Part shown: piece by piece, positions 55,101-64,000 of the stretch | Layout of the letters: each line of letters begins with the position of its first letter | Numbering within the stretch: position 1 is the stretch's first letter | DNA from: Eledone cirrhosa | Taxonomy: Eukaryota | Reading direction: 5' to 3' | DNA length: 64,000 nucleotides | NCBI GenBank assembly: GCA_964016885.1 | Contig: OZ024742.1 | Coordinates: forward strand, 338,768,001 to 338,832,000 | Notes under the pieces: model-generated | Seen by the model: only the letters and a program-made list of their open reading frames with translations | The model's database searches: none | What the model was told of the DNA's origin: nothing | Program-made: the position numbers and the translations under genes

Positions 55101-58100
55101 CACTAACTTACCCTTAGTCAACAGAACAAGGTGTACTATAAATTGTACTAGTACCATCACTAACTTACCCTTAGTCAACAGAACAAGGTGTACCATAAAT
55201 TGTACTAGTACCATCACTAACTTACCCTTAGACAACAGAACAAGGTGTACCATAAATTGTACTAGTACCATCACTGACTTACCCTTAGTTAACAGAACAA
55301 GGGGTAACATAAATTGTACTAGTACCATCAATGACTTACCTTTAGTCGCCAGAACAAGGTGTACCATAAATTGTACTAGTACCATCACTGACTTACCCTT
55401 AGTTAACAGAACAAGGGGTACCATAAATTGCACTAGTACCATCAATGACTTACCTTTAGTCGCCAGAATAAGGTGTACAATAAATTGTACTAGTACCATC
55501 ACTGACTTACCTTTAGTCGCTAGAACAAGGTGTATCATAAATTGTACTAGTACCATCACTGACTTACCTTTAGTCACCATAACAAGGTGTACCATAAATT
55601 GTACTAGTACCATCACTGACTTACCTTTAGTCGCCAGAATAAGGTGTACCATAAATTGTACTAGTACCATCACTGACTTACCCTTAGTCACCATAACAAG
55701 GTGTACCATAAATTGTACTAGTACCATCACTGACTTACCTTTAGTCGCCATAACAAGGTGTACCATAAATTGTACTAGTACCATCACTGACTTACCCTTA
55801 GTCAACAGAACAAGGTGTGCTATAAATTGTACTAGTACCATCACTGACTTACCCTTAGTCAACTGAACAATGGGTACCATAAATTGTACTAGTACCATCA
55901 CTGACTTACCCTTAGTCAACAGAACACGGTGTACCATAAATTGTACTAGTACCATCACTGACTTACCGTTAGTCGCTAGAACAAGGTGTACCATAAATTG
56001 TACTAGTACCATCACTGACTTACCCTTAGTCACCATAACAAGGTGTACCATAAATGGTACTAGTACCATCACTGACTTACCCTTAGTCACCATAACAAGG
56101 TGTACCATAAATGGTACTAGTACCATCACTGTCTTACCCTTAGTCACCATAACAAGGTGTACCATAAATGGTACTAGTACCATCACTGACTTACCCTTAG
56201 TCACCATAACAAGGTGTACCATAAATTGTACTAGTACCATCACTGACTTACCCTTAGTCACCTTAACAAGGTGTACCATAAATTGTACTAGTACCATCAC
56301 TGACTTACTCTTAGTCACCATAACAAGGTGTACCATAAATTGTACTAGTACCATCACTGACTTACCCTTAGTCACCATAACAAGGTGTACCATAAATGGT
56401 ACTAGTACCATCACTAGCTTACCCTTAGTCAACAGCACAAGGTGTACCATAAATTGTACTAGTACCACCACTAACTTACCCTTAGTCAACAGAACAAGGT
56501 GTACCATAAATTGTACTAGTACCATCACCAGCTTACACTTAGTCAACAGAACAAGGTGTACCATAAATTGTACTAGTACCCTCACTAACTTACCCTTAGT
56601 CAACAGAACAAGGTGTACCATAAATTGTACTAGTACCATCACTAACTTACACTTAGACAACAGAACAAGGTGTACCATAAATTGTACTACTACCCTCACT
56701 AACTTACCCTTTGTCAACAGAACAAGGTGTACCATAAATTGTACTAGTACCATCACTAACTTACCCTTAGTCAACAGAACAAGGTGTACCATAAATTGTA
56801 CTAGTACCATCACTAACTTACCCTTAGTCAACAGAACAAGGTGTACCATAAATTGTACTAGTACCATCACTAACTTACCCTTAGACAACAGAACAAGGTG
56901 TACCATAAATTGTACTAGTACCATCACTAACTTACCCTTAGTCAACAGAACAAGGTGTACCATAAATTGTACTAGTACCCTCACTAACTTACCCTTAGTC
57001 AACAGAACAAGGAGTACCATAAATTGTACTAGTACCATCACCAACTTACCCTTAGTCAACAGAACAAGGTGTACCATAAATTGTACTAGTACCATCACTA
57101 ACTTACCCTTAGTCAACAGAACAAGGTGTACCATAAATTGTACTAGTACCATCACTAACTTACCCTTAGACAACAGAACAAGGTGTACCATAAATTGTAC
57201 TAGTACCCTCACTAACTTACCCTTAGTCAACAGAACAAGGTGTACCATAAATTGTACTAGTACCATCACTAACTTACCCTTAGACAACAGAACAAGGTGT
57301 ACCATAAATTGTACTAGTACCCTCACTAACTTACCCTTAGTCAACAGAACAAGGTGTACCATAAATTGTACTAGTACCATCACTGACTTACCCTTAGTCA
57401 CCATAACAAGGTGTACCATAAATTGTACTAGTACCCTCACTAACTTACCCTTAGTCAACAGAATAAGGTGTACCATAAATTGTACTAGTACCATAACTGA
57501 CTTACCCTTAGTTAACAGAACAAGGGGTACCATAAATTGTACTAGTACCATCACTGATTTACCTTTAGTCGCTAGAACAAGGTGTGCCATAAATTGTACT
57601 AGTACCATCACTGACTTACCTTTAGTCGCCAGAATAAGGTGTACCATAAATTGTACTAGTACCATCACTGACTTACCTTTAGTCGCCAGAATAAGGTGTA
57701 CCATAAATTGTACTAGTACCATCACTGACTTACCCTTAGTCACCATAACAAGGTGTACCATAAATTGTACTAGTACCATCACTGACTTACCTTTAGTCGC
57801 CATAACAAGGTGTACCATAAATTGTACTAGTACCATCACTAACTTACCCTTAGTCAACAGAACAAGGTGTACCATAAATTGTACTAGTACCATCACTAAC
57901 TTACCCTTAGTCACTATAACAAGGTGTACCATAAATTGTACTAGTACCATCACTGACTTACCTTTAGTCGCCATAACAAGGTGTACCATAAATTGTACTA
58001 GTACCATCACTGACTTACCCTTAGTCACCATAACAAGGTGTACCATAAATTGTACTAGTACCATCACTGACTTACCCTTAGTCACCATAACAAGGTGTAC

Positions 58101-61100
58101 CATAATTTGTACTAGTACCATCACTGATTTACTTTTTTTAGTCGCTAGAACAAGGTGTACCATAAATTGTACTAGTACCATCACTGACTTACCTTTAGTC
58201 GCTAGAACAAGGTGTACCATAAATTGTACTAGTACCATCACTGACTTACCTTTAGTCGCTAGAACAAGGTGTACCATAAATTGTACTAGTACCATCACTG
58301 ACTTACCTTTAGTCGCTAGAACAAGGTTTACCATAAATTGTACTAGTACCATCACTGACTTACCTTTAGTCGCTAGAACAAGGTGTACCATAAATTGTAC
58401 TAGTACCATCACTGACTTACCCTTAGTCACCATAACAAGGTGTACCATAAATTGTACTAGTACCATCACTGACTTACCCTTAGTCAACAGAACAAGGTGT
58501 ACCATAAATTGTACTAGTACCATCACTGACTTACCCTTAGTCACCATAACAAGGTGTACCATAAATTGTACTAGTACCATCACTGACTTACCCTTAGTCA
58601 CCATAACAAGGTGTACCATAAATTGTACTAGTACCATCACTGACTTACCTTTAGTCGCTAGAACAAGGTGTACCATAAATTGTACTAGTACCATCACTGA
58701 CTTACCCTTAGTCAACAGAACAAGGTGTACCATAAATTGTACTAGTACCATCACTGACTTACCTTTAGTCGCTAGAACAAGGTGTACCATAAATTGTACT
58801 AGTACCATCACTGACTTACCCTTAGTCACCATAACAAGGTGTACCATAAATTGTACTAGTACCATCACTGACTTACCTTTAGTCGCTAGAACAAGGTATA
58901 CCATAAATTGTACTAGTACCATCACTGACTTACCCTTAGTCAACAGAACAAGGTGTACCATAAATTGTACTAGTACCATCACTGACTTACCCTTAGTCAC
59001 CATAACAAGGTGTACCATAAATTGTACTAGTACCATCACTGACTTACCTTTAGTCACCTTAACAAGGTGTACCATAAATTGTACTAGTACCATCACTGAC
59101 TTACCCTTAGTCAACAGAACAAGGTGTACCATAAATTGTACTAGTACCATCATTGACTTACCCTTAGTCACCATAACAAGGTGTACCATAAATTGTACTA
59201 GTACCATCACTGACTTTCCCTTAGTCACCATAACAAGGTGTACCATAAATTGTACTAGTACCATCACTGACTTACCTTTAGTCGCTAGAACAAGGTGTAC
59301 CATAAATTGTACTAGTACCATCACTGACTTACCTTTTGTCGCTAGAACAAGGTTTACCATAAATTGTACTAGTACCATCACTGACTTACCTTTAGTCGCT
59401 AGAACAATGTGTACCATAAATTGTACTAGTACCATCACTGACTTACCCTTAGTCACCATAACAAGGTGTACCATAAATTGTACTAGTACCATCGCTGACT
59501 TACCTTTAGTCGCTAGAACAAGGTGTACCATAAATTGTACTAGTACCATCACTGACTTACCCTTAGTCACCATAACAAGGTGTACCATAAATTGTACTAG
59601 TACAATCACTGACTTACCTTTAGTCGCCATAACAAGGTGTACCATAAGTGGTACTAGTACCATCACTGACTTACCCTTAGTCAACAGAACAAGGTGTACC
59701 ATAAATTGTACTAGTACAATCACTGACTTACCTTTAGTCACCATAACAAGGTGTACCATAAATTGTACTAGTACCATCACTGACTTACCCTTAGTCAACA
59801 GAACAAGGTGTGCCATAAATTGTACTAGTACCATCACTGACTTACCGTTAGTTGCCAGAACAAGGGGTACCATAAATTGTACTAGTACCATCACTGACTT
59901 ACCTTTAGTCGCCAGAATAAGGTGTACCATAAATTGTACTAGTACCATCACTGACTTACCCTTAGTAAACAGAACACGGTGTACCATAAATTGTACTAGT
60001 ACCATCACTGACTTACCCTTAGTCACCATAACAAGGTGTACCATAAATGGTACTAGTACCATCACTGACTTACCCTTAGTCACCATAACAAGGTGTACCA
60101 TAAATGGTACTAGTACCATCACTGACTTACCCTTAGTCACCATAACAAGGTGTACCATAAATTGTACTAGTACCATCACTGACTTACTCTTAGTCACCAT
60201 AACAAGGTGTACCATAAATTGTACTAGTACCATCACTGACTTACCCTTAGTCACCATAACAAGGTGTACCATAAATTGTACTAGTACCATCACTGACTTA
60301 CCCTTAGTCACCATAACAAGGTGTACCATAAATCGTACTAGTACCATCACTGACTTACCCTTAGTCACCATAACAAGGTGTACCATAAATTGTACTAGTA
60401 CCATCACTGACTTACCTTTAGTCGCCATAACAAGGTGTACCATAAATTGTACTAGTACCATCACTGACTTACCCTTAGTCAACAGAACAAGGTGTGCCAT
60501 AAATTGTACTAGTACCATCACTGACTTACCCTTAGTCAACAGAACAAGGGGTACCATAAATTGTACTAGTATCATCATTGACTTACCCTTAGTCAACAGA
60601 ACACTGTGTACCATAAATTGTACTAGTACCATCACTGACTTACTTTTAGTCGCTAGAACAAGGTGTACCATAAATTGTACTAGTACCATCACTGACTTAC
60701 TTTTAGTCGCTAGAACAAGGTGTACCATAAATTGTACTAGTACCATCACTGACTTACCCTTAGTCACCATAACAAGGTGTACCATAAATTGTACTAGTAC
60801 CATCACTGACTTACCCTTAGTCACCATAACAAGGTGTACCATAATTTGTACTAGTACCATCATTGACTTACCCTTAGTCAACAGAACAAGGTGTGCCATA
60901 AATTGTACTAGTACCATCATTGACTTACCCTTAGTCACCATAACAAGGTGTACCATAATTTGTACTAGTACCATCACTGATTTACTTTTTTTAGTCGCTA
61001 GAACAAGGTGTACCATAAATTGTACTAGTACCATCACTGACTTACCTTTAGTCGCTAGAACAAGGTGTACCATAAATTGTACTAGTACCATCACTGACTT

Positions 61101-64000
61101 ACCTTTAGTCGCTAGAACAAGGTGTACCATAAATTGTACTAGTACCATCACTGACTTACCTTTAGTCGCTAGAACAAGGTTTACCATAAATTGTACTAGT
61201 ACCATCACTGACTTACCCTTAGTCAACAGAACAAGGTGTACCATAAATTGTACTGATACACTCACTGACCTAATCCTAGTCACCATAACAAGGTACATGA
61301 TAAATTGTACTAGTCCCCTCACTAGCTTACCCTTAGTCAACAGAACAAGGTGTACCATAAATTGTACTAGTACCATCACTAACTTACCCTTAGTCACCAT
61401 AACAAGGTGTACCATAAATTGTACTAGTACCCTCACTAGCTTACCCTTAGTCAACAGAACAAGGTGTACCATAAATTGTACTAGTACCACCACTAACTTA
61501 CCCTTAGTCAACAGAACAAGGTGTACCATAAATTGTACTAGTACCATCACCAGCTTACCCTTAGTCACCATAACAAGGTGTACCATAAATTGTACTAGTA
61601 CCCTCACTAACTTACCCTTAGTCAACAGAACAAGGTGTACTATAAATTGTACTAGTACCATCACTAACTTACCCTTAGTCAACAGAACAAGGTGTACCAT
61701 AAATTGTACTAGTACCATCACTAACTTACCCTTAGACAACAGAACAAGGTGTACCATAAATTGTACTAGTACCATCACTGACTTACCCTTAGTTAACAGA
61801 ACAAGGGGTAACATAAATTGTACTAGTACCATCAATGACTTACCTTTAGTCGCCAGAACAAGGTGTACCATAAATTGTACTAGTACCATCACTGACTTAC
61901 CCTTAGTTAACAGAACAAGGGGTACCATAAATTGCACTAGTACCATCAATGACTTACCTTTAGTCGCCAGAATAAGGTGTACCATAAATTGTACTAGTAC
62001 CATCACTGACTTACCTTTAGTCGCTAGAACAAGGTGTATCATAAATTGTACTAGTACCATCACTGACTTACCTTTAGTCACCATAACAAGGTGTACCATA
62101 AATTGTACTAGTACCATCACTCACTTACCTTTAGTCGCCAGAATAAGGTGTACCATAAATTGTACTAGTACCATCACTGCCTTACCCTTAGTCACCATAA
62201 CAAGGTGTACCATAAATTGTACTAGTACCATCACTGACTTACCCTTAGTCAACAGAACACGGTGTACCATAAATTGTACTAGTACCATCACTGACTTACC
62301 GTTAGTCGCTAGAACAAGGTGTACCATAAATTGTACTAGTACCATCACTGACTTACCCTTAGTCACCATAACAAGGTGTACCATAAATGGTGCTAGTATC
62401 ATCACTGACTTACCCTTAGTCACCATAACAAGGTGTACCATAAATGGTACTAGTACCATCACTGTCTTACCCTTAGTCACCATAACAAGGTGTACCATAA
62501 ATGGTACTAGTACCATCACTGACTTACCCTTAGTCACCATAACAAGGTGTACCATAAATTGTACTAGTACCATCACTGACTTACCCTTAGTCACCTTAAC
62601 AAGGTGTACCATAAATTGTACTAGTACCATCACTGACTTACTCTTAGTCACCATAACAAGGTGTACCATAAATTGTACTAGTACCATCACTGACTTACCC
62701 TAAGTCACCATAACAAGGTGTACCATAAATGGTACTAGTACCATCACTAGCTTACCCTTAGTCAACAGCACAAGGTGTACCATAAATTGTACTAGTACCA
62801 CCACTAACTTACCCTTAGTCAACAGAACAAGGTGTACCATAAATTGTACTAGTACCATCACCAGCTTACACTTAGTCAACAGAACAAGGTGTACCATAAA
62901 TTGTACTAGTACCCTCACTAACTTACCCTTAGTCAACAGAACAAGGTGTACCATAAATTGTACTAGTACCATCACTAACTTACACTTAGACAACAGAACA
63001 AGGTGTACCATAAATTGTACTACTACCCTCACTAACTTACCCTTTGTCAACAGAACAAGGTGTACCATAAATTGTACTAGTACCATCACTAACTTACCCT
63101 TAGTCAACAGAACAAGGTGTACCATAAATTGTACTAGTACCATCACTAACTTACCCTTAGTCAACAGAACAAGGTGTACCATAAATTGTACTAGTACCAT
63201 CACTAACTTACCCTTAGACAACAGAACAAGGTGTACCATAAATTGTACTAGTACCATCACTAACTTACCCTTAGTCAACAGAACAAGGTGTACCATAAAT
63301 TGTACTAGTACCCTCACTAACTTACCCTTAGTCAACAGAACAAGGTGTACCATAAATTGTACTAGTACCATCACCAAGTTACCCTTAGTCAACAGAACAA
63401 GGTGTACCATAAATTGTACTAGTACCATCACTAACTTACCCTTAGTCAACAGAACAAGGTGTACCATAAATTGTACTAGTACCATCACTAACTTACCCTT
63501 AGACAACAGAACAAGGTGTACCATAAATTGTACTAGTACCATCACTAACTTACCCTTAGACAACAGAACAAGGTGTACCATAAATTGTACTAGTACCCTC
63601 ACTAACTTACCCTTAGTCAACAGAACAAGGTGTACCATAAATTGTACTAGTACCATCACTGACTTACCCTTAGTCACCATAACAAGGTGTACCATAAATT
63701 GTACTAGTACCCTCACTAACTTACCCTTAGTCAACAGAATAAGGTGTACCATAAATTGTACTAGTACCATCACTGACTTACCCTTAGTTAACAGAACAAG
63801 GGGTACCATAAATTGTACTAGTACCATCACTGACTTACCTTTAGTCGCCAGAATAAGGTGTACCATAAATTGTACTAGTACCATCACTGATTTACCTTTA
63901 GTCGCTAGAACAAGGTGTGCCATAAATTGTACTAGTACCATCACTGACTTACCTTTAGTCGCCAGAATAAGGTGTACCATAAATTGTACTAGTACCATCA
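52200..64000. repeat. 57-bp minisatellite array, about 207 units, running off the window end
   Basis: Unit AATTGTACTAGTACCATCACTGACTTACCCTTAGTCACCATAACAAGGTGTACCATA; 19-aa periodicity in ORFs on both strands. Confidence 0.97.

Noticed and set aside
52200-64000. CRISPR-like array (constant part plus variable part)
   Set aside because: The variable segment is short and drawn from a handful of recurring alleles rather than unique spacers; no cas genes; eukaryotic context

Overview
A eukaryotic, AT-rich, microsatellite-dense window with no recognisable host gene. The SINE types and microsatellite load suggest a cephalopod such as Octopus (inference from recalled repeat families). Layout: (1) 1-4 kb holds microsatellites, two tRNA-derived SINEs and minimal hammerhead motifs. 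(2) 4.0-31.8 kb is a chain of non-LTR retrotransposons joined by (TTA)n tracts, alternating R4/Dong-like RT+RLE elements on the minus strand with Tx1/L1-like ORF1+APE-RT elements on the plus strand. (3) 31.8-39.4 kb is a second chain built on (TATG)n, with two more R4-like families and two RTE-derived non-autonomous elements. (4) 41.8-42.7 kb holds hammerhead motifs, including a fold-back with one in each arm. (5) 43.0-49.3 kb is a full-length but inactivated Helitron. (6) 52.2-64 kb is a 57-bp minisatellite with higher-order structure and long stop-free frames on both strands. The most interesting signals are strand-partitioned use of one microsatellite by two unrelated endonuclease clades, apparent (TACA)n-associated R4-like families, an ORF1/5'UTR swap with a conserved inter-ORF hairpin, and the paired hammerhead fold-back. 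All coordinates were read by eye and may be off by a few bases.
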